64,000 nt of DNA from Lama guanicoe (Eukaryota). The notes under the pieces are model-generated. The model was given only the letters and a program-made list of their open reading frames with translations, made no database searches and had not been told where the DNA came from. Every line of letters starts with the position of its first letter. The first letter of the stretch is position 1. Made by a program: the position numbers and the translations under genes. The DNA is taken from positions 1,302,001 through 1,366,000 of the forward strand of contig MU057202.1 of assembly GCA_013239625.1 (NCBI GenBank). The letters run 5' to 3'. Shown piece by piece: positions 12,369-25,850 of the stretch.

Positions 12369-14762
12369 TTCTCTCAAAGCACCCAGAGAGAGCAGCGCCT
12401 GTCACTGAGGGCTCTTGTGTCCAGGTTTGTCAGAAACAGCACCAGATCATCCCCGTCCTGTTGGCTTTAGGATTCCTAGGATTTTAACTTCAGAGGCCTG
12501 GAAGGATCTGTTCCCCTGCCCTGGCAGTGTCCGGTGTGGGGAGGGGCTGCGGCCAGTTGTCCCCCCAAGACCCAGAGGCTCAAAGTGCCAAGTGGGCCCC
12601 TGCTGACCCTCTCCTGTTGGGGCTGAGCAGGCAGCTTCTCCTGGGGCCTCGCCTGCCCCCAGGGCCTTGAAACCACACATTCTTACTGTGTCCCCCTCCC
12701 AATGAGGAGGGAGGAGGGTGGTGAAACGGCAGCCTTCCCCTAGCCCCGCCCTTCCCATGCTCAGTGCTCAGAGTGGGTTGTGGCCACAGGCAGCAATAAA
12801 AGGTACCGACTGGCAGGCTCTCGTTCCGGGCGGTGTTGACGTGGGACTGGTTAAGCCGTCCCGAAGGAAAACACGGGAAAACCCATGTGTCACGCTGAGG
12901 AGGGCCAGTCCTGCGGGGGCCTAGTTCGTGTGAATCCGTCTCCTCTCCCCCCAGCGGAGCCAGAGCTTGGGGCACCTCCTACCACGCCATCCTGCCTATT
13001 TAGGGGGCAGGAGGGACAACTGCCTCGTGCGACACACGTGACATGGGGATGTGCTTTTACTTTGCTGTCCGTCTTTGCAGGTAGGGATTGACCTTTAGCT
13101 GGGAGAAATGGAGGCACCACGGGGCCTGTCTGTCTACCTACCCTCTGTATAAAATGGAAAACCAAGGGACATGAGCGAATTCATCCTACTGAATTCTGGG
13201 TGTCCGTTTCTCTGAAGGCAGTTTTGTAACCTTTTTACGTAGGAGATGAGGCCTTCCTGTATTCCCTGAAAAACACATGAGGGTTTGCTAGACTAGACAA
13301 AGTTGGATGTGGATAAAGCTAAAATTCTTCATCAGATGGGAATGTTGGAGGGACTTCTGCCAGAGGTGGAAGGGCTGCGTGATCATTAGTTGGTTAGTTG
13401 CTCCCATTTAACAGGATAAGCAAACTGAGGCCCCCAGCCAGCCCCCGTGGCCTTGCCCTCTGGGCTCTCGGGGCCCTGTCTGTTGAAGAGGATTTCTGGT
13501 TGACCCTGCTAGGACGTGGAGGGGGACGGAAGCATGGGCTGAGGTGGCGTGTTTTAAGTCAGATTGATGTCCAGTCCTCTCCTTTCTGAAAACATCAACT
13601 TAGATTTTTGCAACATGCAGTTTTCACCTAAATATGTGTCTTTGTAAGACTAAGGAGGGGTGCCAGACCTGGGAAGCTGTCACATGAGCACAGGGAGTGC
13701 ATCTTAACCAAACAGCTGGTTTCCGAGTGGAAAGGGGCAGAACCACGTCTTCCTGATGTGGCAGTGTACGCGGCAGGGTGTCTGTGCCGGGCTCTCTCCT
13801 GCCGGGGCCCTTGGCGGGCCCCGGGATTTCGTACTGCAGTCACCAGCAGCGTCCGTGCCGCGTACGGGGACCCCCACGGGTGTGCTCACACCTCCGGACT
13901 GATCTGTTGAAGAGATTTCAAGAGGGGAAAGGGCTGGGTGACAGATCTTTAAAGATGTTGCCAGATTCCTCCAGAAAGAATGTCAGGGACTCGCTCTGCT
14001 GCCCGCCTGTACAGCCCAGACATTGATGCACCCGATTCTGGCTAGTGGGGTGCCTGCTGTGCCCCTCAGCCCTTGGCCTCCGAGGCCGTTCGTCCCCCCA
14101 CAAAGGAGTGAAAGCCCTTTGATCAGCCTTGGGTTTTGTTGCCCCTGCAGCGGGTCCCAGGGGTAGACTGGATCGCTCCTTGCCACGTGGCCTGGCGTCC
14201 TGGGGGATGAGGCCGGTACCCGTGGGAGCTGGTTTTGGCCTCAGCGTCCTGCCTGGAGCCTTACAAGTTCCCAGTTGGCGCTGTGGAGGGGATTTTGTTC
14301 CTTCTGAGAAGTTAGGGGTCCTGCAGGCTAGGCTGGGCAGCAGTTGCTGGAGAACGGCTGTGGCCAGAGGAGGGTGACCAGCTTGACCCGGCGTGTGCCA
14401 GGTTCGGGATGAGGGAGTTCATGGCTGGTGGCTTGTGACTGTTTCTGCAGGCTCTTCCCTGGTGGCCCTGCTTGGAAGCCCATTTTGGCTGCAGGGTAGT
14501 TGTTTCTTCCACTGGGGCGTTTACTGATGTCTGGAAACATTACATGGACTTTGAAGAAGGTGCAAAAGCCCAGAAGAGGAAACACCGTTAGAACTTGGAC
14601 CGTGGAAGCACCATTAAGGACTGAGTATCCTTTTGGCCCAGGTAGAATATATTGGGGAAAGGTGTTAGTGCAGAACTCAGTGGGTTTTTTTTCTGGGGAG
14701 TGGATCTGATCTGCCACTTGGAACCATTGTGAGAATGGACCTTTTGTAAAAGCAGAGAAACC

Positions 14763-14857
14763 TTTTTTTCCCCTCTTGATGGAGGCACTGGGGATTGGAC
14801 CTAGGACCTTGTGCACGCCAAGCATGTGCTCTACTGCTGAGCTATAACTGCTACCCC
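14763..14857 (-). mobile_element. tRNA-derived SINE, camelid (vic-1-like) type
   Basis: Minus strand: TATAGCTCAGCAGTAGAGCACATGCTTGGCGTGCACAAGGTCCTAGGTCCAATCCCCAGTGCCTCC plus A-tail; degenerate Pol III A and B boxes. Confidence 0.75.
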
Positions 14858-17800
14858 AGAAAAACATTTTGTAATTCGAGGCAAGTCCTGGCTTTGATTC
14901 AGGTGGGACCCACCTGTGGTTGACACGCACCAGGATCACGGCCTCCTTCCTGGTGGGCCCTCACCCCTGAAGCTAAGGGTGGATGGGATTACCTCTTCCT
15001 GTTGAATCTGGATGAATTCAGATGTTACTAGCACCCGAGTGGAGTGTCCTGATCGCGCACACATTTATTAAGCTCCTACAAACACTGTTCATCGCCCAGC
15101 CAAACCCACGTTGCTTCTGGACTGGAGAGACCTCCCGGCGTTGGGCGAGCTGACCAGCCTGAGACAGTGGGGTGTAGTGGGGCCTCTGACAACCTGGGGA
15201 CTTAGGGACAGATTAAGGGACAGTTGCTACTCTTGGGATTATGATTTGGTGGCTCCTAATTTTTCAAGAGAAACTATGTTGTCTTTTGACTTGAAACTTC
15301 CAGTTTTAAGATACTGTCCGTTGATTCACATTTAAACATGTCTTGACTTCAAGCCAAATCAAACCAGGTGGATGGATGAAAGGAGGCCAGCTTAGCCTCT
15401 GGCACCCCTGTCTAGTCCCCCCTCCCACCCAAAGTACTGATGGGGGAACCGAGGCTCAGACCACATAGTGACAGGACCGCACCGGGAGGTTCAGGGGGAG
15501 CCAGGCCGGGGACCAGGTCTTCTGGCTGGTTTTCCAACCAAGGGTGCAGTCCTTTGTCGTAACCGCCAAAGTTACCAGTCTGCCTGAGCACGGATGCCCG
15601 GTGTCGCCTTTCTCCAGGTTGAATCTGGTCGGCTGTGCACCTGTGAAGATGTAGCTGACGTGCCTGTGCAGGCTGTGGACCTACTATGTGCCCTTCGGGG
15701 CTCGGGATGCAGGTGGGATGCCTGCCCTGCACAGACAGCTTTTGTCAACATTCACTCAGTGTTGAAGGGGCAACGCTCTTGAATCCTCTGTTCCTGTCAC
15801 TTCACCTGGGGAGCAGGGCATGAGCTGTTTTAACACCCAGTGTCCTGCTTCCTCTTCTCAAAGTCTGGTCCCTCACTCAGGTTTCCTCCCTTTGGAGGAA
15901 GGACCTGGTCTTGACCCCTGCCCTCCTGGCCTGTTTCCCCACCTGCTGGCCCTGGCCTGCTGCTCGCTCCATAGAAACTTGAAGGCTTTCAGTGGCCATC
16001 TCCTGGCCAAGTTGGGTTCTTGTCCTTTGGGACCTCTGCCTTGGACACCTCTGACCCCCACCCATGTCTTGCACCCTGTGCCTCCAGGCTCTGCTCAAAG
16101 GGCTCCTTTGTGAGTGAGGCTCAGCTTGGAGGTGGCCTGGTTCGCTCAGGGGCCTCAGGCACACAAAGGAGTCATTCCTGGGGTTGTCCTGGGTGCCCTC
16201 CAGCCCAGGCTGCCAGAATGTGGGGCGTGGGGGTCGGGTGGACCCTGAGGTCAGATGTATTCCTCCTCCCTGGCTGGGTGCTCACAGCAGCCTGCAGGAT
16301 GGGAGGTGACCCCTAGTAGGGGGGTCCTTTCCAGTGTCTCCTCATTTAAAGGGAAATGGCCGGGACAGCAGCAAGGAAAACTGGTTTCCCGTCCCTGCTC
16401 CTCAGCCTCAGCTTGCAACCAAAGACAGGGGCGTGACTCTCTTCCAGCCTCTGTTTACCTGTCTGTAGAACGGGGGCAGGGAATGGGCTGTATAGAGGCT
16501 CCTTGGGTGACCTGTCTGCTCACGGTCTGTTTCTAAAGTTGCTATGAAGGGTAACTGATGCTCCAGGCAGAGCTAGGCCATGTTGTTGTTACTGCCCACA
16601 CTGTTTAGGAACGCCTCAGCGGTCCTGGACTCCAACCTTGACCCTGTCTCTCAGCCTCTTTTGTCTTAATTGTGCGCTTCCCCGAAGCTGCAGATTTTCT
16701 GCCTCTTCTCACCCCGCACCCCTCCCAGGCCGCCCAGCCGCCCCCTGGCTGCCGCCAGCCCTTCATCTGTCCGTCCCAGGCTTCTCCAGACGCAGCAGCC
16801 CTTAGAATAATCGCTGTCAAATGTCGCTGCCATCTGTTGCCTGACTTCCGTCCTTTGCCTCCACCGGAACCTCCTGGACTCCTGGCTATCTGCAGCCTTG
16901 AACCTCAACCCCTGCATGGGCCTCAATCTCCTCTCACCTCCACCTACTTTGCAGCTGGAGCCCGAAATGTTGCTGCCCTCTCTTTGCAGCTATGGGGCAT
17001 TACTGGACCCGTTGGCGGTGGCTGCCCAGTGACACCAGAAATTAGCTTTGCCAACAGCTCACCCAGAGGTGTTGGCGCTGGGCGGTGGGCTCACCCCTGG
17101 AGGTGGGCTCCCATTCTCATTGACTGGGGTCCTGGCGGACAGTTCCTGCAGCTCATGGGCTCCTGCACTCAGTACTCTGGAGTGACTTAATAAATGCTGC
17201 TGATAGACAGGTCTGCGCGGGGGAGGATGGCAGACTCCTTGTAAAATGAGCTGCCTTGTTACTCATTTCACTCCTGGGCCAGGGTCCCCTCTGGTCGCAC
17301 AGGCTGGCCTCCCCTTCCTCCCACTTCTTCCCCTCCCCTCCCCCTCTCTCTCCCTCCCTCCTCTCTGGTTCCGGGTCAGGATCCAGGCCATCTGCTAGGG
17401 CCGGCCCCTGCTCCAGCAATTAGCCGTGGCTTTGGCTCTGCCTACCAGCTACGGGCTGTAGCCTTAGGGAGTACGTCCAGTTCTGGGACTCAGGGCCAGA
17501 AGAAGCCCCGTCCCCTTTGAAACCTACAATCTTAGTTGAAAAGAACGTTAAGGCGGACAGCAGGCTCCCCTGTGCATCTAGGAGCAAGAAGACCTTCCCC
17601 GACTCTTCCAGTCGCCTCCCCCGCCCCCACCCCCAAGAAAAACTGCTTTGTGCGAGTGAACTCAGAACAGCCAAAGACAAATATAATAATGAATTTATTA
17701 TGAAGCCGCTCAGGCTCCCGGGATCACGTGGTGCCCCACACCGCTGCTGCCGCCGCCTTCCAGGGTCTCTGCTCAGGTGACCTCCGCCTTGTCAGGGCTG

Positions 17801-20454
17801 CAGAACCCTCGCCCCTTTGCGGGGGGAGCCGGGGCATGGGGGGCTCCGAGCTGGGGGACGCCCTGTATTTGTTCACAAACATTTCTTTCTGTGGTAATGA
17901 AAAATTACCAAGAGGGGTGATTAGAGAAACCCAGTCCAGATTGCACACGCGGGCCTGGAAGTGAAGCCCTGCTGGGCCCAACCTCGTGGGGTGTAATTAC
18001 CCCAGGGGGGGCCGTCGGGGGAAGGGGCCGATTGGTGCTTGAACCGGGAGCCAGCAGAAAATTCATCTCAGCTATTAGCTTGTAATTACAGAGCATGGAG
18101 GGAGCAGGCCTGAGGTCTGGTGCCGGGGAGAGCGGGATGAAAGGAGGCAGTAATTACAGGAGCCGCGGGGGGCTGGAGGGAGGCCGCTGCGTGCTGATTA
18201 GTAACGCCCTCCGCCCAGCGCAGAGGGGGCGGGGGCCGAGGCCGTGTTTAATGGAGTGTTAGGGGCCTGCCCCCCTTTTCATGTCCTGCTGCTCGGAGCA
18301 TTCGGACAGCAGGCACCCCGATCGATCCAGGTCTGTTCTGAAGCATTGGGAACAAGGTGGTTCTGGAAAACGTCCTCTGTGCCGCCAGCTGGGCTCACCA
18401 TTCTGCCCTTGGATTTTTCTTTGCCTTTTTTTTCCCCCCAAAGCTTTGTGCTGCTCCTGGCCGTGCTAGAAACTTAGGCAGAGACGAGAGAAAAGTATGA
18501 TGGAAGCCACCACACTCTGGTGGAAGGAGCAGGGCGGCTGAGGGCCTCCCTGGCGGTGCTGGACGGGAGTTAGGCTGTTGCCACCCGAGGGACACGGTCT
18601 GAGGGGCTGAGTTGATTTGCGGGTGCTGCCAGGCTGGGGGCTTCTCCTTTCCTGCCCTCGGCCTCGCGGCTGCGTTTGCCTCTGGGCATCTGGCTGCGGC
18701 GGCTCTCTTCTCCTGGGGGGCCGCGGGGGCAGCCAGCGGCGGCAGGAGGCACCTGTCCAGAGGAGGTCAGCAGCGTGTGATGCAGATGGAAGGCCGGGTG
18801 GCCATCTGAGCTCCACACATGCCGGGGCTGGTACAGCGGGGAGGGAGCCCCGTCCCTGTCCCTGCCCTGGGCCGCCCCAGCCCCCGGGCCTCATCCATCA
18901 CTGGCCTTCACGCTGTGGAGCCTGTTCCCAGCTGTTAGGATAATGAATTTACATGAGCTGATAATGTAGACACTACTCAGCCCAGGCCAGGCGCCGCAGA
19001 AGTTAATAAATACCTCCCTAATGAGGGCGGGGTGGAGGTAGGCGCCCCTGCTCTGGGGGCTACCCTGAGACCCACCGTCCCCTTACTTGCCCCTGGGGTG
19101 TCCGTGATGTCATGGTGGCACCTGCCTGGCTTCAGTGGCAGGACACCTGGGGGGGCGGGGGCAGAGCAACCCTGAAGTGACTCCAAGCCTGTGACTAGGG
19201 GGTGAGGCACAGAGGTCGGGGTGGGCTCCGGGAGGCTGTGTCGGTTACCGGCAGGTCCAGGGTGACCCGTTGTGGGCTCTGGGTCCCTCAAGTTTGGCCT
19301 TTGTCCTTCCATGTCCTTTGTGCCAGGGAGCTGTCACCCCGGCTGCCGGTGGTCCCGAAGCCCCCGCTTCCCCTCCCCGGCCATCCTGATGCACACGTGC
19401 GAGGAGGAATGCTAATTTTAGACTCCCCTAATGAAGCTGTTCATTTGGAATTCTATTTTAAGTGACCTGACATCAGCAGAGCAGCTTCCCCAGCTTGAAG
19501 CTGCTCCAGGGCCCACAGCTGACACCATAGCAAGAATGCTGGCTTTGGGGGACCCCTAGGAGGCCAGGGGGGCTGTACACCGGGTGCTGCAGGCCTCTGG
19601 TGGGGCCTGGGCAGCAGGTTCCAGGCTTGGAGGAGAGGGAGGACAGACTCTGGGGGTAGGGTGTCACTGGATGCCTGTAAGGGGTGACAATGACATTCGG
19701 GTGGTAGCTGACCCAGGGAGGGAGGAGGCAGAGACTGGACCCTCCTGCTGAGACCCTGGTCACCCAGGAAGGGCTAAGGCCGTTGGTGGGGGTTGGGGGC
19801 CAGCCCCAGTCCCTGGGCTCCTGCGACCGGCGAGTGGGAGCCCCCAGTCTGGGGAGTGCCCCGTGCTCGTTGGTTATACCGGCCATGTGAGGGCAAGTCT
19901 TTGTCTCTTTGAGGGCCCCCTTTTAAAATCAAAAACAAAAAAACCCTGGTTTGCTACAGAAAAGGTAGAACATAGGGAGGTAAAAAGGCCAAAAACGAGG
20001 AAATTGCTCCTCTTACTGCCACCAGAGACCACCCCCAACAGCCTTGGGGGCGTGTGGTGTGTTGGAGTCTGACCTGCGACTTGCTCCGTGGCTGTCCCCT
20101 GCTTATTTCAGCACCTCTGTACAATCCTGCCCAGCGCTGGCATTTGGCCACCACAGTGTGTCCACCCAGGTCTCAGCTGGCCAACCTGTCATGTGGCCAC
20201 TAGGCAGTGACCTCACATCTGCTCCCTGGGCTCTGGGGACAGACGGGTCACTGGGAGGCGGGAGGACCGCATGGCCTGGGTCACATCCCTGCTTCCCCTC
20301 CCCCGGCATGGCAGCGTGTAGGTGGGGGCTGTGGGGCAGAGTAGAGCCAGCCCCTCTCCCACCGCCCCAGAATGGGTGTGTATCTGGGACCTGACCAGCT
20401 GTATGTATGGTCAGGTAATCCCAGCCCTGCTGTTGACTGTGTGTTGGCCCAAGG

Positions 20455-20530
20455 GCCTAAGCCTGGATTCTCCCATCTGTAAAATGGGCACAGTAATGCT
20501 TTTCTCTTAGAGTTGGTAGGATTTGAAGGA
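20455..20530 (+). mobile_element. MIR fragment
   Basis: gcctggattctcccatctgtaaaatgggcacagtaatgc...agagttggtaggatttgaa. Confidence 0.6.
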
Positions 20531-21850
20531 ATGCCAGGAAGAGCGGGGAGGTGGTTAATGGCCTTTGATGGCATCAGAGGGGCCCGTTTGGAAGCTCTAG
20601 GTAAAGACATAGAGTATATGGAGATGGTTGAACTTGGGGTCCATGAAGAAAGAAAATAGAGATTGAGGGTCTTGATGGAGGATGCGGTGATGCTCACTGG
20701 ACCAGTTATCTGATGCTGCGTAAAAACCTGCCCCAAACCCAAATGTGGGATTTGGGAGTGGCTCGGCTGCGAGACTGTGGCTCCTTCTTTGATACCATCT
20801 CGTCTGAAGACTCCCGGGGTCAGAGGAGTGAGTACCTGCCAAGATGGTGCCCCACATGGCTGCTCAGTTCCCCAGACGTGGGGCTCTCCACAGCCACTGA
20901 CCCCTGCGTCTCAAGGGGTCCGAGGAGCCCAGGGAGGTGGCCAGGGGGCTCTGATGACCTCACCTTGGCAGGCACACTCCATACTTCTGCTGTACCCTAT
21001 TCAGCAGGAGAGTTGAGACGTCTGGCCCATGTTTGAGAGAAGAGGGTTTGTCTCCACCTCTTGAAGGCATGAGTGACAGACTTTGGATGTATTTCTGAAC
21101 CCCCATCATAAATCCCAGCTCTGAGGGTGTTTGCACCTGTGGTCTGGCATCACAGGTTGGCCTTGGCAGGTGGTGTCATGAGTGGTGAGGACGTGTATCT
21201 GGGCCTGGGAGTCGGGTTCGAGTCCCAGGTGTGCTGCTGAACTGTCTCCGGGGCAGCCCCGCATGGTGGTGTCTTCCTCCGAGTGCTGGTAGGACCTCCA
21301 GGACCTGGTGCACTTTGTGCCAGGACTGGGTCTCTGCAAGGGCGGTGCTTCGTTGTATACACCCTCCCCCAAAATAGAGCCCCACTGATCCACTGAGAGC
21401 GTCTGGTCCCAAGCGAGACCTGGAAGACTCCTAGGCTGCCCAGATCAGCTCGTGTTGGGGTCATGTCCTTGTCCCTGCAGGCAGCAAGACGAGAGCTCTG
21501 GCCCCCTTCTGTCTTGGGGTGTCCTGTGTGTTAACTTCCACCAGCTACTGCCACTCAGGGACGTGGAGAGCTGGGCCATGCAGCTCCTGGCCTGGTCGGA
21601 GCAAGGGACAGTGGCAGGGAGGGCTCTCAGGTTGGGGTGAGGGGTGCCCATGCCAAACAGCACACGGACTCCTGACACCAAGTCACCTCTCGTCGCAGCT
21701 CTGGTCACCCAGGTGGTGGGGGCCAGTAGCAGGTGGCACAGATTGATCAGCTCGGGTCCCAGTTTGCTGAGCCTGACCTGTATGGACTCACCAAGCCCCT
21801 CACCCATCCAGACCTGGGTTTATTATGCCCTCAGTAGCTAACTAGCTGTA

Positions 21851-22040
21851 TGATAATAATAGTGGCCCCTGGCATGTGCCAGGCCTGCTCTGAAGCCCCT
21901 CATGGGATTAATTTCATAAGGGACTCTGTCTTTATTTGCAGTTTACCGATGAGGAGGCTGAGACCAGAGGGGCAGAGTAACTTGCCCAAGGTTGCACAGC
22001 GAGAGGCCGCAGAGCTGGGACTCGAGCCCCGGCGTCTGGC
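21851..22040 (-). mobile_element. MIR SINE
   Basis: gatgaggaggctgagaccagagggg...gtaacttgcccaaggttgcacagc...gctgggactcgagccc is the reverse complement of the MIR core. Confidence 0.75.
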
Positions 22041-23711
22041 AGCCTGATCGGTGTAAGCCCAACCTCTAGGCTCCTGCTGCTTCCTTGCGCTGTGGCCAGC
22101 TGTGCAAGTCCTGCGCTCTCTGTCCCTGGGAGAAGAGGGCACCGACAGGGGCCTGGGGCTGCCCTTCCAGAGCTCGGTGTCCGTCGTGCTCGAGGGTCTT
22201 CCAGCAGCTGGCTGGGTGCCAGGCTGGCTGAGAAAGGACTCTTGTTAGGAACCTGCATTTTCTAGCCATGGGGCGCCTGGGGCAGGGACCCCCCCACCCC
22301 ACTGGGTTGTTGCTTTTCCCTGCTGGGCTCTCGGTGCCTGTGGGCATGTGGATCCCACCCCCACTCCCACCCTCTCCCCAGTTCTTCCAGAAAGAGGAAG
22401 ACACACAGGGTCAGCCTCGGGTCAGCGCTGCCCCAGCTGCTCAACGGGGTTGCTGCTGCCGGCGCCATCCCCCTCCCACGTGGCACCGCCCACGTGGCCG
22501 CCAGCAGCTGGGAGGCCAGCCTGCTGGCTGTGGGCGCAGGGGCTCTTGTGGGGGTCCTTTGTTTCCGAGGTACAGACCCTCTCCCAAGAGAATGGTGTTC
22601 CCTCGAGCTTGCGCCTGCCTCAGTATTGTCTTTTATGCACCAGCCCCCACCCCAACACTGCCATGGCCGTTTACCCGGCCGTGCCCCCAAGATTTCTTTT
22701 CCCACCTGCCTGGCAGGGAACTGATGGCGACCTTAGCCCGGCTGTCCAAGAGTCAGGGTTTGGGATGTGTGTTGGGGCCTGCAGCCTCTCCTGGCTAGTT
22801 CTGGGGGCAGCAGATGGGCAGGGCAGGTCTTGGGGCCCACCTGTGGGGATCTCCTGTGCTCACCTGGCCACCCATGGGGATGGGTGAAGAAGCAGGTTCC
22901 AGTTAGACTTTAGATGGACTGAACACAGAACCCTGCAGAGATGAGAAGGGCTCTAGGGGGTGCAGAGAGCCTCTTGGGGTGGGGGCCTCTGCTGGGGGAA
23001 GCACACGTTCCTGCCACGTTATTCTCTTGAATGTTCTGTTTGTGTCCCCCCTCCCCTTCCATGCCTCCCCTGGACCCCTCCCCAGGTGACCCCACACTCT
23101 TCCCTGGAGCTGCTCCCCTGAGGTCTCCGTCTGAGGCTTTGCAAGTTGGTTTGCCTCTCCCTGCGCACGCCCCGCCCGTTGGCTCGCCCCCTGTGAGGCC
23201 GTGGGCCTGGGTTCACGCCCCTCGCATGTACTCATGGTGAGGGAACGGGGGTTGGGCCAGTGCCCCCAAGAGGGCAGGAGATGTTAATGGGAAACTTATT
23301 TATGGTGCTGCTCGCGCCTGCTCACGAAGGGGCCTGGCCGGCCTTTGTGATGGGGCGGTGAGGCTGGAGAAGGTCCAGCCTCCTTGGGACTTGAAAGGCT
23401 GGGGGCTCCTGGGAAGGCGTCTGATGTCACCCCGTGTGGGAGGCAGCTCCTCGGCCAGCCAGCCTGGGGGAAATGGTGCTTCTCTGCGGATGGCAGTGCA
23501 GACCCACAGTTGTAGTCTTTTTCGTGTGGGCGGGGCCCCGGCACAGTCTGCGGGCAGCTGTGCGCTCTGCCTGCTGCTGTCCTCCAAGCTGCCTTCTCAG
23601 TGCAGACCTGCCGGGTCCCCGGTGGCTTTGGGATTCAGCGGGGTGTGTTGGTGGCACACAGGGCTCTGGCCAACTCCCCGGAATGATCCTAGGTCTGTGC
23701 TGCCTGCCTGT

Positions 23712-23752
23712 GCGAGCCTCAGTTTCCTTTTCTGGAAGGGGGGCACAGTACA
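23712..23752 (+). mobile_element. MIR fragment
   Basis: gcctcagtttccttttctggaagggggcacagta. Confidence 0.45.
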
Positions 23753-24393
23753 GAGCCAGCCTCCCCAGAGTGCCAGGCAGGCGGCCGGGCAGGCTGTGCT
23801 CTAATGTGAGCTGTTCTCGTGATCAGCACCAATGCCGCCCTTCTGTCTGCGGGTGTTCCTCTGGTTCTTGCAGGAATGCGGGCCCGTGCCTCGTCTCCCC
23901 CGACCCCTGTCAGGAGGCGCTTTCTAATCTCCGGGCTGCCCTGGGGAGGTGGTGGGGTCGTGCCACGGGTCGTGTTGGCACGAGCTTTTTGGCCTCTAAA
24001 ATCAACAGGGTCCTGGGCACAGGGTTCTTTGTGGATGGATCCTAGAGGGTGGGGGTCGCCGGGGCGAGGCTCCAATCTTTCCGCAGCGCTGGCTCTGTTC
24101 TGCTTCACCTGTCCTGCCGGGTCGCCCGGGCCTCCTGCCGTCCCTGCATGCTGCCCGCTGGTGCCGGTCCCGGGCCCTGCAGACCCCGCNNNNNNNNNNN
24201 NNNNNNNNNNNNNNNNNNNNNNNNNNNNNNNNNNNNNNNNNNNNNNNNNNNNNNNNNNNNNNNNNNNNNNNNNNNNNNNNNNNNNNNNNNNNNNNNNNNN
24301 NNNNNNNNNNNNNNNNNNNNNNNNNNNNNNNNNNNNNNNNNNNNNNNNNNNNNNNNNNNNNNNNNNNNNNNNNNNNNNNNNNNNNNNNNNNNN

Positions 24394-24467
24394 GGCCCAG
24401 GCCGCGCCGTCCTCCAGCTTTGCCGCCGCGCTGCGCAAGCTCGCCAAACAGGCGGAGGAGCCCAGAG
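24394..24467 (+). CDS. GSE1: GSE1 exon 2, visible 3' part (AQAAPSSSFAAALRKLAKQAEEPR-G); 5' part hidden in N-run 24190-24393
   Basis: Peptide match. Donor AGAG|gtaaga at 24468, phase 1. Acceptor not visible. Confidence 0.93.
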
Positions 24468-25162
24468 GTAAGAGGCGCACCTGCCAGGCTGCGGCACGAG
24501 GGAGGGGGAGAGAGCGAGAGCAGCCCCTTCCTTCCTGCCCAGGCCTCGCCGGCTCCTGCGAGGAGCAGGTGCCCGGGACGCAGCTGTTCCCACGAGCCGA
24601 GCCGCCTTTGAAGGGCTCCGGAGGCAGGGCCGGCCCGCCCACGTGCTCGCAGCCCCATCTACTCTTGTTTCTCTCGGGCTGCTCGGTCCCGGCGGGGACA
24701 GCGCTGTCTGCCTGCAGGCCCTCCCGGGCCCTGGGAGCCCACCAGCCCCGGCACCTCTGCTCTGCTCCTGCTTCTCGCGCGCTCTGCTGCTTCTGTCCTT
24801 CTTGGGCTCTAGGAGCCACTACGGGGGTGTCCGGTGGCCTGTGGCTGAGGCGGTGGGCGTGCTGGGCCACGGGAGCCCCAGGGGACTTCGGAGGGCTTGC
24901 TGGGCCCTGCTGCCCGCCTCAGGAGCCCCCAGCCTGCTCGGGGGAACCTCTTCCCAGGCGTCATGTTTCCCGGGAGACCAGGAACTCCAGGCCTTGATAC
25001 CCACCTCAGACGTGGCAGGGCATGCTGTCTCTGGAAACGTTCCTTGTCCCAGAGCGGAGGGGCACAGCTTAACCCCCCAAGGCTGGAATTCTGTGGTGGC
25101 GTGGACAAGTGTCCCCCAGCAATCCAGAGCCCTGTCCCCTGGTGTCACTTGGGCAGTGATGT

Positions 25163-25225
25163 GCTGTGTGACTTTAGGCAAACACGGACCCTCTCTGAAC
25201 TTCAGCCTTCCTGTTTGTACCGCAA
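25163..25225 (+). mobile_element. MIR fragment
   Basis: gctgtgtgactttaggcaa...ctctctgaacttcagccttcctgtttgta resembles the MIR core. Confidence 0.6.
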
Positions 25226-25850
25226 GACTTGCTACAGCACTGGCTTTGAGCACTTCTGAGGGTGACGGTCAGCCTGTCTTGGTGAAGGGCTGCTGGTTGG
25301 ATGAGTCAGGGTGGCAGGAGCAGTTTGCTGCCAGGAGGCCTGGGTCCCTGCGGGTTCTGGTGCAGGCCTCCCACACACCCTCTGGGCTCACTGCCTAGAG
25401 GCAGGGAGTCGACCTCCCAGGCAGAGGAAGAGGGTACCCTGGGTGCTCTGCTTGCCCCGAGTGTTCGAGGCTTGATCCTGGGCTCCGCGGCCCTCTTGGG
25501 CACCCAGAGGACATGAGTGCGGGAACTCTGTTTTCACAGACCCCAGGCCTCCAGCTCTGCAGAACGGACACTGGTCCTGACTTGAGTGGGCTCGGCATCT
25601 GCCAGTTTCTGAATTCCACCTGTTCCCAGGCCCTTCCTGCTTCCGTAGTTACTGGCGGAGGAGGAAGTGTTGAGGGAATAGGCTGGAACTGACAGGCAGA
25701 GTGGATACTGGCCCAGGAGGAAAGGCCACGCGCGGGGCCTGCTCTGCTAGGGATGGGCCTTGCCACGGGCATCTGCCTGGAGGGGGCTGCCCCGTCCACC
25801 CAGACAGGCCTTCCCTGTCCCCGCACACACGCCTCTCCTCGCCTCCACGC

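Noticed and set aside
14763-14857. tRNA gene
   Set aside because: Degenerate boxes, an A-tail and a second diverged copy indicate a SINE.
23719-24997. Long ORFs of 383-392 aa on both strands
   Set aside because: They are inflated by the N-run and high GC. Only the exon 2 peptide is real, and the frame leaves the exon at the 24468 donor.
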